Shown here: positions 29,830 through 43,399 of the stretch, in pieces | Layout of the letters: each line of letters begins with the position of its first letter | Numbering within the stretch: position 1 is the first letter of the stretch | Assembly: GCF_009914755.1 (NCBI RefSeq) | Contig: NC_060947.1 | Source of the DNA: the human T2T-CHM13v2.0 reference genome, Homo sapiens | Reading direction: 5' to 3' (one strand) | Length of the DNA: 64,000 nt | Made by a program: the position numbers and the translations under genes | Notes under the pieces: generated by a model | What the model saw: only the letters and a program-made list of their open reading frames with translations | The model's database searches: none | Told to the model about the DNA's origin: nothing

Positions 29830-30079
29830 TCTGGTTCTCTGTGAATAATTATTTTTAGCAGTAATACGACAGAATCAGATGCATGAAACTCAAAAAAGTG
29901 GGTTCACAGATTGGAAGAATTGAAATAGAATTTGGAAACATGAGAATTTCCTGTTCCAGCATAATGCTTTTCCAAAATGGAGGTGTATTATGGTATGTAT
30001 ATGCAGACTCATAGCTTAATAGATGATGGTTTGCAGAAGGTGATGAAATCAACAAAAGTGGCAGAATATTTTGGAGTGT
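29830..30079 (+). mobile_element. Decayed hAT (Tip100/Zaphod-like) transposase, N-terminal part, cut by the ERV
   Basis: Reads GFTDWKN*NRIWKHENFLFQHNAFPKW and QQKWQNILEC, resembling the GFxxWK...HExS region of hAT/ZMYM1-like transposases. Confidence 0.55.
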
Positions 30080-30671
30080 TGTTGATGGCTGTTCTGAGAC
30101 ATTGGTTCTTGCTTTCTTAGTTTAAATGAATTTAAACAAGAGGCACATAGCAAAGGAGATGCAGCATAGAGTAATTTATTGCAAAGGAAAAAGAATATTT
30201 TGAAAGTTAGCTGCAGAATACACACTGAGAAACACAGAGAGGATTCAGGGCTGGCTGGTCATAAGGATGAGACAGCATTCATTATTACTGGGGAAACTCC
30301 CTTTATGGGAGTCTTACATGATTATTCTTAAGGAAGTGGGAAGATGTGTTACTAGCAAACATGTTCTGGGTGGTCCTCTGGGTGTACATGCTCATCCATG
30401 CTCATTCATACATCACATGTCTCATTAGCATTTTAAATCTCCACCCAGGGGTGTGTTTTTTACTATTACAATAAGCAAAGGGTCAGTTTGAGGACAGGTG
30501 AAATCAAAGTGCACATGCTCTCTACAGAGGAAATTCCCTACTGAAGATAGCTTTGCTTGAATGAGCTTAACTACAATGTGAATGCTGAGGCTTATTGTGT
30601 TGGCTGTATGGTCCCCACGGTTGCTGCATGCCAAGGTCATGGTCACTTCCTTGACTACTTACCCTGCCTCA
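30080..30671 (-). mobile_element. 3' LTR of provirus copy A
   Basis: Reverse complement starts tgaggcagggtaag and ends ccatcaaca; matches LTRs at 54386-54990 and 63808-; polypurine tract adjacent. Confidence 0.9.
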
Positions 30672-31215
30672 ATTCCGCCTAAGAGATCTTAGGGCCTATA
30701 ATCATATGGGAGGTTGAGGGGCTAGGTCATTTCTTCTGAAGCTGCTTCCTGCTGAGTGGGGCGTTGTCCCTGCCTAGCCTGGGCCCTAAAGTCTCTTCCT
30801 GCCTGATCTAACGCGGTGTGAACCATGTTGTTCACGGGACTGGTGCACAAGACCTGAGATAGCTCATCAGGAGACCAAGGTTAAAAGCCTTGCAAAACCG
30901 TCATGTGGAGCTGAAATTGCTGTAAGCAAGAAACTAAGAAATCAGCATTTTAAACAAAATTGGACCAAAAGTTAAAGCTTAAAATATATTAATGACTGGC
31001 AGTGTTAAAGGGAGCAAGGCAGACAATAGCTAATGCTTCCAAATTCCCATTGAATTTACTAATGTGTATTGACTGTTGGGGCTGATATCCCCATTCTGTG
31101 GGCCAGTGAGTTTGTCCCTGGAGATGTGTTAGGAGCCAGGCCAGTCTTATAATGGCCCAGATCTGTCATATCCCCAAATTTTGGTATTTATGCAATGTCA
31201 ACAAGGTTTAGTTAA

Positions 31216-31531
<316 letters not shown>

Positions 31532-32009
31532 TCAGTTAAGTTTAATAGACTAACAGTATGGTTAATTACTTCCCCAGCAGATAGGCCAGTCTCTCTAAAA
31601 GTCATTAGAGTGCAGCAGGCAAGTACCAAGAAATGAAGATGTTACTTATCTTCCAGATGGGCTTTATCTGGAATTGTGTTCTTGAATAGAAGTTTTAGAG
31701 CTCCTATGGGCTGGCAGGTGTAATTAGTAGCTTCCTCTGGTTCCTGTAAAGGTTTATTGCAAAGTTGAATTCTGATCATATGAGCCGGAGTTGCTATGTC
31801 TTGAAGCTTGACAGCCATTGGGGTGGTTGGTAGTACTTGCTAAGACCCTTCCATTTAGGAAGAAGCAGATCTGCCAGGGTGGGGGGCTTCCTTCCAAGTT
31901 TTTAATAGGACCCAGTCTCCAGGCAGGACTTGCGGGATGTTTATCATTTGTCCAGGTGAGGGCAGCACTGTATTGCTATATTCCTGGATAGCCTGCTGTG
32001 CCAGGCTTA

Positions 32010-32021
32010 GATTTTTTATAT

Positions 32022-32064
<43 letters not shown>

Positions 32065-32341
32065 TCTGGGTAGCAGAGTGTCGCTCTATCACCCAGGATA
32101 GAGTGCAGTGGTGCAATCTCGGCTCACTGCAATCTCCGCGTCTCAGATTCAAGAGATTCTCCTGCCTCAGCCACCTGAGTAGCTGTGATTACAAACCCAC
32201 TACCTTGCCTGGCTCATTTTTGTATTTCGGGGGTTTTGCCATGTGGCCCAGGCCAGTTTCGATTTCCTGACCTCAAGTGATCTGCCCCCCGTGGTCTCCC
32301 AAAGTGATGACAGTACAGCCAGGAATCACCACGCCTGGTCC
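32010..32341 (-). mobile_element. Alu inside provirus A (shared with ~61009-61310)
   Basis: Alu text, (TTTA)n tail, same junction cctggcttagatttt as copy B. Confidence 0.85.
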
Positions 32342-32936
32342 CTGGCTTAGATTTTGAATCTATTATATAGTAGACTGGGTTTCCAGTTTGATAAACAGGT
32401 CTAAGGTAAGGAAGGGTCTCCCAGAAGTCATCTCAAACGGACTAAGTTTTGTCTTTTCTTTGGGTGCCACTCGTATTCTCATGAGGGCTATAGGCAACAG
32501 AGTGTACCAAGACTCAGAAGTTTCCTGGCACAGTTTTGCCAGTGTCTGCCTTAAAGTTTGATTAGTCCTATTAACCTTGCTGGAGGATTGTGGCCTCCAT
32601 GAGGAGTGGAGATGAAATTTAATTTCCAAAGCTTGGGCTATCTATTAGGTTATAGTTGCAGGAAAACAGGGTCTTTTGTCGCTTTGCAAGGAGCAGAGGA
32701 GGCCAAATCCTGGTATGATCACTTTTGGCAGTGCCTTGGCCACTTCTGTAACTTTCTCTGTTCTGGTGGGGAAAGCTTCTACCCATTCCAGAATGGTGTC
32801 TACAAAAACTAAAAGGTATTAAAAAACCTGAAAGGTGGGTATTTGGGTGCAGTGAATTTGCCAGTAGTCACCAGGATAGGTTCCTCGCCACTGGACTGAG
32901 GTTAATAAAGCAGGAGACCCTTGTTTTTTTGTTGTT

Positions 32937-33241
32937 GTTGTTTGCTTGTTTATTTTTCCAGAGACGGAGTTTCGCTTTATCGCCCAGGCTGGAGTGCAAT
33001 GGCGCGATCTCGGCTCACTGCAATCCCCGCCTCCCTGGGTTCAAGCGATTCTCCTGCCTCAGCTTCCCGAGTAGCTGGGATTACAGGCACGTGCCATCAT
33101 GCCCCGCTAACTTTTGTATTTTTAGTAGAGACAGAGTTTCGCCATGTTGGCCAGGCTGGTCTCAAACTCCTGACCTCGTGATCCTCCCTCCTCGGACTCC
33201 CAAAGTGTGGGGATTTCAGGCGTAAGCCACCGCACCTGGCC
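32937..33241 (-). mobile_element. AluS(g)-like element unique to provirus A
   Basis: TSD ttgtttttttgttgtt at 32921-32936 and 33243-33258; empty site in copy B near 60420-60430. Confidence 0.88.
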
Positions 33242-33548
33242 GTTGTTTTTTTGTTGTTCATTTTCCCCCAAGGTAATTTTGAGAGCAAAGTTCACAGGCC
33301 AGAGTGACCTTTTTTATTGTGGTTGCCAGGCCTTTACCTGTAAAGTCATGGTCCATCCAGGTGGTCATAGCATCCTGCCCATATGGATGGAATTATGTAA
33401 ATTTTTGACAATTTATCGTGATGGGACTGAGGAAGCAAGAGCTTTTGGCCTACGAGCCACCAACCCTCAGGTGTTAGGCTCCCCTGATTTTCTTTAGCCC
33501 ATGCTATTTCTTCCATAGTATAGGACGGATTATACCAAGAGAATGGGA

Positions 33549-33842
33549 TGGGCATGGTGTCTCATGCCTGTTATCCAGCATTTTGGGCTGCCAAGGCAGG
33601 CAGACCAGTTGAGGCCAGGAGTTCGAGATCAGCCTGGATAACATGGCAAACCCCTTCTCTACTGAAAGTACAAAAATTAGCGGCATGATGGCATGTGTCT
33701 GTATTCCCAGCTACTAGTGTGGCTGAGGCAGGAGAATTGCTTGAGCCCAGGAGGGTGCAGTGAGTTGAAATCAGGCCACTGCACTTCAGCCTGGGTGACA
33801 GAGTGAGACTCAGTCTCAAAAAAATAAAAAATAAAATAAAAT
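33549..33842 (+). mobile_element. Alu inside provirus A (shared with ~59830-60136)
   Basis: Alu text flanked by aagagaatggg duplication; same site in copy B. Confidence 0.85.
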
Positions 33843-36800
33843 GAAGAGAATGGGCAGAGAGGAATAAGGCCAGCTGGGCTACAGCTTCCATAGTCGCCAT
33901 CCTGTCTTCCCTGCCAGCCCTTGCATTGTCCGATGAGACTGAGGAGTTTCCTTTTTGATGTTTCTGATCCTTTTTCTTTTTTGATATTTTTGATCCTCTT
34001 GCTTAAGATCATGCACAGCCTCTAAAAGCTGCAGTATTTCTGTTCCATGTTCAATGGGGAATCCCTTGCATTTAAAGACCCCATTCTTTATAGATGGCAG
34101 CATATGTATGAAGGACAATGCAGGCATCCTTGGAGTCAATGTATATGTTAGTGTTTTTTCCCTGATCTAGAGCCAGGGCCCTGGCCAGGACAATTTTTGT
34201 GGCAAGGACAATCTGCTTTTTGTGCTGAGGCACTAGGTGGCAGTGCCTGGGCCTTTGTTGTTTGGTGCACACTAACCACAGTGTATCCTGCCCTTCTTTT
34301 TCCATTTCCCATAAAACTACTGGCATCAGTGAACCTTTCATTATCAGGATTCTTGAAAGATGTATCTCTGAGATCTATTCTATCTAAATAGACCTGGTCT
34401 ATGGTTTTAATACAGGAATGAGTTAGGTTCTCTGAGGAATTGACTGGCATGAGCAGAGCTGGATTGAGGGTGCCAGAAGTTTTTATAGTAACCTTGGGGA
34501 GTCCAGGAGGAGAGCCTGATGTTTGGTGAGTCTTCCTCTTGAGAGCCAATAGTGGCTCTTTATTTCTAAAACTCCCTGCACTTGACGCAGAATGAGGACC
34601 TCTAAAGTGTGTCTAAAAGTCAGCTTTAGGGCTTCCTCCACCAGAATGGCAGTGGCTGTGACTGCCCTAAGGCAACCAGGCCATCCACAGGCCACAAAGT
34701 CCATGTGCTTTAAATGTAGTCAGCTGGATGAGGTGGTTCTCCCAGTTTTTGGCGAGGACTCCCTGTTTCTCTGCCACATATAAGGTGCATAGATTTTCCA
34801 AGTCATGAATTTCCAGGGCAGGAGCCTCAACAAGGGCCTTTTTTATGTCTTGAAATGCCCTGGTTTGTTCTCTTTGCCATCGCAGGGCTCAGCGTCAGGC
34901 CATTTAATGGCCTCATATAGAAGATGAGCCATTAGCCCAAATCTCAGAATCCAGATTCTACAGAACTCAGACATTTCAAAAAAAGTTTAGAGTTGTCTCC
35001 TGGTTTGGGGACCAAGCAACTCCGTTATGGCTGGTTTTCTTTCCCCTGAGAGCTTCCTTGTTCCAGGGGTTATAATGTCCCCTAAGTAAGTTACTCTCTG
35101 TTTGGTTAATTGTGCCCCCTTTTTTTTGAAACCTTATATCTGCTTGCTCCAAGCAAATTTAAGACTGTAATGGTATTCCTGTCAGGTGTTTCCTGGGTTG
35201 GATTACATATTCAGTTGTTACCTAAATACTGTAGGAGGCTGCCTTAACTAAGTTGTAATTCTCAAAGATCTTTGCCTGGGGCTAGTGCAAACAGGTGAGG
35301 GCTATCTTGAAAGCCCTGGAGCAATACTATTCATGGGCGTTTCCTATATTTGTCCATTCAAAGGCAAATAGAAACTGAAAGGACAAGTGCACTGGGATAC
35401 AAACAGATGGCCTCTTTAAGGTCTAGTACGCTACAACATTGGCAATGTCTTGGAATTTGGTTAACAAGGTATAGGTATTAGCTACTAAGGGATGAAGAGG
35501 GTTCCTGCCTCGTTTATGATTCTCATGTCTTGTGCCATTGGATATTCTCCATTTTGTTTTATGACTAGCAGAATAGGAGTATTACAAGGTGATTGGCAGG
35601 ACACTAGTAAGCCATGTTGTAAGAATTTAGAAATCAAGGGCTTCAATCTTTTTTTAGCTTCTAACTTTAGGGGATATTGGTTTTCCTTGGGGTACCTATT
35701 GGGGTCCTGTATTTTAATGACCATGGGTTCAGCCCAAAGGGCTCTTCTGAGTACCCTGTCATCCCAGACGGCAAGTTTTACTTGTTCTAAGATTGATATA
35801 GGGAGGTGATCTGTTGGCCCTGCAGTGAGGACCATTTGGGAGGGACTGGTGCCTTTCAGTGATTAGATGCCTTCCATGATATTTAATAAATCGCTCTCTA
35901 AAAGCAGGGTAGGACACTCAGGAATAAGCAACAAGAAGTGTTACTTAACTGATCTCTTTAGTGACATGTGAGTAAGGAAGTAAAATATTAAGAACGGGGT
36001 TTCCTATTGACCCCAGCTATGGTACAATTTTGAAGGTCACTGACCCAACTGAGAAGTTAATACAGAGTAGGAGTCCCCGGTATTGATTTTAAAAATCAGT
36101 ATTCTTACCTACCATGTCATGGGTCAGCCAGGGTTCCAGATCGGTGACTGGAATGTCCTTTTCAATGGGGGCTGTCTGGATCCCTTAGCCTCCTCCGTCT
36201 TGAGTTAGTGCCATCTTGAAGGAGGATGTCCCCTTTCCCCTTCAGGGCTCAGGAAAATCCATTCCCCAGTGGCTATCCTGTTTACAGACTGGGCATGGCC
36301 CAGGGGCAGTTGGGTGCACCCTCTTTCCTGGTGCTCTGATTGTTTGCATTTAAAGCAGGCTCCTTGATTGTTTGTTGACCGGCTTCCAAGCTTCAAGGTT
36401 CCTGGGGGTGACTTGAGGTTCCAAGACACTACTGACAGAAACAGCTATCTTTTTAGACTGGGCTGTATCTCACCAGTTCTTGCGCTGGAGTCTGCCTTCC
36501 TCTTCAGCCAGATTCCTATTACGAAACACTCCAAAAGCCATTTCTAATAATTGAGGTATAGGTGTTTATGGCCCTTATTGTAATTTCTATAGTTTTCTCC
36601 TGATATCTGGAGTAGACTGGCCAATTAAGTTTTGTCCTGGTAACACTTGGCATTCAGCAGATGTAGGGTCTATGTTGGTATACTTTTGGAAGTATCCTTT
36701 AAGCTCCCCTGAAAGAAGGCAGGGTTTACATGTTTTCTCTGTGGGACTACTTTGACTTTCTCTTAAGAAACAGATTTTTTAACACATTGTCTGATCCCTG

Positions 36801-39800
36801 CCAGGAGGCATTGCACCATGTAGTCCATCCATATTCTTTATTCCTCCAGATAAAGGAGGAATTCCAATGTTGTAATTCCAATGTGGGTCCTGGGAGAGAT
36901 CAGCAGTAGCTGCCACTTCATGGGTGGCAGGCTGGTCAGCTGCCCTGCTATCTATGTATCCCTGACTGGCTAGCCAGATTCTCTATTGTTCCTGTGGAGT
37001 ACAGCAATAAAAAGGACAACTTGTATACCTTTCCAAGTTAAGTCAAAGGCCAAAGTTAGAGCGTTGCATGCGTTGGTAAATGCACTGAGTTCTTCTGAGA
37101 AGTATCTGCGGTTTTGCTTTTACTGGATTAGATCACTCATTAAGAATGGAACATGTATTCTAATGGTCCCTTCTCCATTTGGACTTCCCATAAAGGGAGC
37201 AGATTCTCTGGCCCTGGATGGTATGAAATCCCACTGCGAGTTATTCCAGCTAGGCTAGTCTGCAACGCACAAGGCGAAGGAGCATAAAGAGGAGCATAAA
37301 CAGGAAGTGAAATGGGATTATATTCCACAGAAGACTCTGGTAGTGCAGGGGTGCTGGGGACTCAGAAGGAAGTGAGGGTCCCTGACAGCCCCTATCTGGA
37401 GCCATCTTTGTGTCATGGGGCCTGGGTTCCCTTCCCTTAATAAAAGAGGATCTTCTAATGCATCTGTGTGGCTTCCTTGCTTACTGGGTTTCAGCCCACA
37501 GGTGCCACATAGAGCTGGGTTTTCTTATAAGGCCACAAAAGCCTCCACATAAGGTACTTCAGGGCACTTTCCATGATTTGTACAGAAAAGATCTAGCTGT
37601 AGGATGGTAATAAAGTTCACATTTCCATTTTCTGGCCATTTTTCATTGTTAGCTGACTTTTTCCCAGGCTAAACAGTGTTACAAAAGAAGATAAGGGTTT
37701 TTTTTCTTTTTTAGCTCATCTCACCCAAATTATTCCAGCTTTTAAAATATACATCCCAGGGGTGTTTCATTGAGAGTATTGGAGATGGCTCCCGTGGTGC
37801 CAAGAGAATCCTGCAATGACAGACACATATACAGAAGACCAGGAGGTCATGGCTGTCCCTATTAGCCAAGCTGGACCACGATGCAATACAGGGCATCTGC
37901 TTGAATTCCCACAAACCGAGACCCTAGGAGGTCACGGGTGTTTGCCATGCACCATCCTAGGTCTCACCAGAACTGGATATCTACAGCCTTGACCAAGGTG
38001 GCCATCACTGCCAGCTGGGGGGCCCAGATGTCTCACTGACAAGACTTTCCCTACTTCACTGGTTTGCCATTCGTTATGCCCAATTATAATAACTGGAATG
38101 CCTGGATGCAATCCCTGGGACCAGGCATCTGCTTGACTGCACATCTTTTTTTCAGCATAGAAAGTTTGTTAAAGGACAATCTGAAGTTGTATGAAAATGA
38201 ACAAAGTCTGGAGGGATAGGGATTCTTAATGTGGCCCTCAAAACTCTGTTTTGTAAACAGAAAATCAGATTAGAAAATAAATCACAATAGCCACTAAGTG
38301 GCAGTCAAGTATTGCCAGAGTGACAACAAAGGCGCTGAGTCTGAAATGTGGCCAGAAAGAAGTGAAACTAAGCAGCAAAATAGCCTGAATATTGAACATT
38401 GAGAGAAACCCACATGGCTAGTATAATTATGAATAGTACAGAAGTAGCAACAAAAAGGGCAGCTGAGAGAGACAGAGACAAGAGGACTGCTTGAGACCAG
38501 GAGTTCAAGATCAGCCTGGGCAAAATAGAAAGACCCCATCTCTACAAAAAATTTAAAAAATATAATAATAAAATAAAATAAAGGAAAATGGACAAAATGG
38601 GAAACAGTTATTTTGGCAGAGGAAAGAGCAACTACAAAGGGCCAGCAGTAGACATATGCCTGTCATGTCTGAGGAACGGCATAGAAGCTGGATTGCCTTC
38701 AGCACAGGGATGGATGGGAGGGGGACAGGTGGGTGACAATAAGTGAGGTTGGGAATACGAAGCAGGGGCCTCACCATGCAAAGCTCTTCCAACTGCCCCT
38801 TCTGTGATTGCATCCTTAGTCCTTCTTGGTTGAAAAGTCTAAGAATATGGTTTGGGTTTTTGTTTTTTGCCCTCCATCCACAATATCCACCCTGCCCATT
38901 GTGGAGTTGGGGCTGGCCGAGGAAGAAGCCCATGATTCCCCCAGTTCCTCCAGCAGCTACAGCCTGGCAGCTCTTGCTGCCAACTTGCTAGCTGATGCAC
39001 AGGGGATGAGCCCTCAGCCTGTGTTCACAGAATTCCTTAAAGCCCTTTTCCCTAGACATGGCCCAGCTTCGTGGGACTGCACTGCTACTCAGTTTCCTTG
39101 AAAAGCACTCCTGGACCCTGTAAAACCTGGAGTCTACAGAACATTCCATTCCATATATTTTTCCAAATTCTACAACTTATAAAACCTTGCACATATTTTT
39201 CCATAGGAGGCCAAAACCTCCTCTTTATATCTCCTTTTCTTCCCTGTTTCTTAAAGAGATTGCCCAAGGGGCACCAACTGGATTAGATTCTTCCAGTAAG
39301 CCTGCTTGTTGGGCTCTAGGCTCTCCCCTTGGAAACTGCAACATCGAGGCTCCAGGGCCTGCTAGCAAGCTCTGGCCTTGTAGATGACAGATTCCGGTGT
39401 CCCAGGAGCACCAGTCCATCCTAAGTCCTTCCTTCACAGTTCAGAGAAAACCCACAGTGGCTAAGCTGAGTTCTGATGCAGGCACTAGTTCTTTGGGTTC
39501 AAACGTAGTTTTGTACAGCACACTACTGGCTGCATAGCAGACATTGGGAAAAGGCAAATATCTATATTCCCCTTTTTACATTTCCTTGGGCATGACTTTT
39601 ACTAATCTCTCTCACAAGACTTGCAGAGCACTTGGAACTTTCTCAAATGGAAAGATCTCTGCATACATAATTTTACGTTCTGTAACAACTTATTCAGAAA
39701 CTTCTTCATTCTGGTTCTGAGACTAATGCATTACATACGTTGGATATCCCACTTGTGAAAGTCAGCTTTAAGCAGAACATCAAGTATATTTGTGGACTGC

Positions 39801-42079
39801 CTACACATCAGTGGGCAAAACCTTGTGGGAACCATGCTTTTCCACCATCAGAGAAGACCTACTTTAAAGCAAAAGCTCTTTTGAGAATCATCAGGTTGTG
39901 TCTGGCATGGCAGCCTGGGCAGGGACATTATACCACAGGTTATTGCCATTCCCCCCTCACCAAGTCTCCTAAAAGCATCTGCTGGCTCTGGTGGCCCTGT
40001 CTGGTTGTCCTCAACCGTCAAGATTTGGATTTACCATTTACCGACAGTGCAACTTGGGTCATCACCTCATCTTCTTTGGCCTGAACTTCCTCACCAGTAA
40101 AATGGGGTGAGTAACTTCTACTCCATGGAATCCTCAGGAGGAGTGAAAGAGGTGTAACATTCCGAGTGTCTGTACCATGCCTGGGCATAGTTGGCACTCA
40201 GAAAATTTGTGGGCTAACGATGAGGGCAAAGATGAATGATACTAGCAGGGCTCATCAGTGCTGCGTGACAACTACAGAGAGACAGACTCTGATGACCCCT
40301 AACCCCCAGGAGAAACTGAAAAGGTACAGAGATGTCCGCCATGGAGTGCAGCCTGTGGACAGGGCAACAGGCACTTTGGAGGCGGAAGACAGCCCGATTT
40401 AAGATGCTTGACTTGAGCTTTAAGCAGAATCTCCACTGTTTAGTGTGAATTGATTTTTCTGAGTATCTCCCTTGGAAAAGAGACTACTGTTCTAGGTGTA
40501 GGTTTTCAAAAGTAAGGACATCCCTTTTTATACAGGCTCCCTGTTGCAGTAATATAAAGCATCTGCCAAGGGACACTTAGCCTTCTGTTACAGTCTCTTG
40601 AACCTGGTTCAGAGGTGCATCATACTTTAAGGTGAAAGGAGTTTTTGCCATGGACTTCTTCACTTGGCAACACAAAATCTTCACACTTTTCAGTTTGTGG
40701 ATTTCAGTTTAGTAAGAAATCTAGCCACCCTTTTGTGTAGTAGACTCACGTTGCTGTAGAGTTCTTAGAGCATGGGCAGTGGAATTAGAAACACCTGGGT
40801 TTAAATCTGGGTTCAGCTGCCAGCCAGTTGTCTGACCTTGGGCAAATGACTTAATCTCTCAAGGCTCAGTCTCCTCAGGGGTTAAGTAGAAACCATAGCT
40901 CCTATCTCAAAAGGTTGTGTGGGGATTGAAGGTGAGCATGAATGTAAGAAGTCATAGGCAATGCCCAGCATGTTTTCATTGCTCATGAGATGTCCTCCCT
41001 GGGTTGGTATGGCATATAGGAAATGGTTATGGCCAAGTACCTAATAGTCGTTGCAGCTCTTGGGCAGAGCGAAGTTCAGGATGGGTCATTTGCTGATTTT
41101 CAGTGATCTGTTCTGGGGTAAACAGAGTGAAGTCTAGCCCGGAAGGCCAGCAATAAGCTGAGTGAGGGTAATTTGGCCCTGGCAGGAGGGAGCTTCCTAG
41201 GAGTACTCAGAGCTGAGAGGCTGTGGCAGAGGCAGAAGCAGAAGATGGGAGCCAAGCCTTCCTTCTCCTGAGAGACCCTATAAGAGACGAGTGAGTGGAG
41301 AAAGTTCTGGAACCAGGGTCATGTGATGAGTAGAACAGGATGAGAGGCTGTGTGTCAGGAGGAGCCTAAAGCTGGAGTGTATGGTGAGGCTGCACTGGAC
41401 AAGTGGAAAGTGCTTTGGGTTCAAGACAGAGCTGGAGATGAGGTGCTGCTACAGGTATGCACTTACATGCCTATGACCTGGCACTAGTTACTTAACCTCT
41501 CTGTGTTTCCATATCCTCTTCTGTAAACAGAGGATGATAACAGCAGCTATTCTCTAGGATTGTGGTGAATAGTAAAAAAAAAAAAATCCGTAATTCATTT
41601 ATTCAATATTGACTAAAAACTCTCTGAGTGCCAGGTACTTATCTAGGCATGAAAAAAAACAGTGAACTAAACTGTTCTCATGAATCTTACATTCCAGCTG
41701 AGGGCAAATGCACTAAAGAAAGAGAGCAACTATGGAATATGTTATTGGCCAAAAGCAGAAATCAGGTGGAGAGATGGAACATGAGTGGATGGTACTTTGA
41801 ACCTGGTAGTCAAGGAAGGTCTCTCTGAGGAAGAGACATCTAACTTTAGTCAAGTGTAAAGGGCCTTGTGCATTTAGATTTGCTCTGAAGGGCTCAGCTT
41901 CTGCAGAGTTCCCTCTCCTCCAAGGTGAGAGAAAAAGGAGGGACACGGATTTTAGTAAGTCTTCCTTCAAAACCCTGTAAGACTAAAGTTTCCACCAGCC
42001 CCAAACTAGAGGGTACATGGGTGTGACCCATTAGTAGGCATAAAATTTACCTTAACAACTACTGATTTTTTTAATGCTG

Positions 42080-43136
42080 ATAGGCAGAAACCTAGAGACT
42101 TTGTGTGCAAATAGTTCTTGAGGGTGGGGTATGAGGTGGAAGAAAAATTAATTTGATTCACACCAAACTTATTGCTATATAGTCATTAAGCCAAGGGTCA
42201 TTAAGCCAAGGCTCTGGATTCAGTGTTTCTCTTTGAGAGGATAAGGATGGCTCTAGCAGTTTGCTTGGTTGGTTAGCTAAAATGAGAAACCGAATGTTGA
42301 CTATCGTCAATTAAGGAGAAGTTCAAGGACTTCCTTGATATACTCCAAAGGCTTAAGGACATTGGAATGTGAGAGTGACTTTATCCTGGAAGAACTGCTC
42401 AGCCACGCTGGATGTCCAGATGATGTGACTTTCACCAAGGCTGCAAGAAATTACTTGGTAAGGGGAGCCCAAAAATCTGTGAGGAGATTGTGGTGGCTCT
42501 CTTCTTTAATCAGACATTACTGCAGGCTTGCCCTTGAGGAAAGATCATGCTGCACTGCCAAATAACAATGCTGTTAATCCTTGTCCCCACCTTCCCCAAC
42601 AGACCTGTGGCCAATTATTAGTGTGGCAGGTCATGGTGGAGAAGTAAATAATCAGAATTCTCAGGAATTACTTGATAATGGCTCTGAACTGGTGCTAATT
42701 CCAGGATACCCAAAATGTCACTATGCTCTTCTAATAAGAGTTGTAGTTTCTGGTAATCATGTGATTTTACATCAGGTAATCCATGTGGTTTTACATCAGG
42801 TCCAACGTACAGTGGACTAAGTTGGTCCATGAATCCACCCTCTGGTTGTTTCCCAGTTTCAGAATGCATAGTTGGGATCATACTCAGTGACTGGCAGAAT
42901 CCCCACATTGGTTCTATGACCCGCAAAGTGAGGGCTACTATGATGGAAAGGCCAATTAGAAGCCACTAGAACTGCCACAATTATAAAAACTATAATCCAC
43001 AAGCAACACTACTTTCTTGGAGGGACTGCAATAATTGGTGGTAACACCAAGCATTTGAAGGACACAGGTTGGTGTGATTCTTCAGCCATCCCTTTCAACT
43101 GAGCTATTTGTCCTGTGCAGAAATATATGGATTTTT
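42080..43136 (+). mobile_element. Decayed ERVL-like internal fragment
   Basis: ORF remnants 'PDDVTFTKAARNYLVRGA', 'LLDNGSELVLIPGYPKCH' resemble ERVL gag/protease. Confidence 0.6.
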
Positions 43137-43228
43137 GGCCAGGCACAGTGGCTCATGCCTGTAAACCCACAACTTTGGGAAGCCGAGGCGGGAGGATCAC
43201 TTGAGGTCAGGAGTTCGAGACCAGCCTG
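43137..43228 (+). mobile_element. Alu left arm cut off at a rearrangement breakpoint
   Basis: ggccaggcacagtggctc...gagttcgagaccagcctg then an abrupt switch to inverted SAGE intron sequence (cagttttctagaaattatttcatg). Confidence 0.88.
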
Positions 43229-43399
43229 CAGTTTTCTAGAAATTATTTCATGAAGCAGGAGAGGGTATCAGGTGGCGATCTGAAAACACTCAAATTGAGC
43301 TCACGAAAGAAGGTACAACCAAACCACCTTCTTCCCTTGATGACACTATGCATGCATATGAAAATCAAGTAGGACAATCCAACTTATAAGCAAACATAC

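Noticed and set aside
29218-29848. 148-aa and 164-aa ORFs
   Set aside because: Mostly Alu-derived translations.
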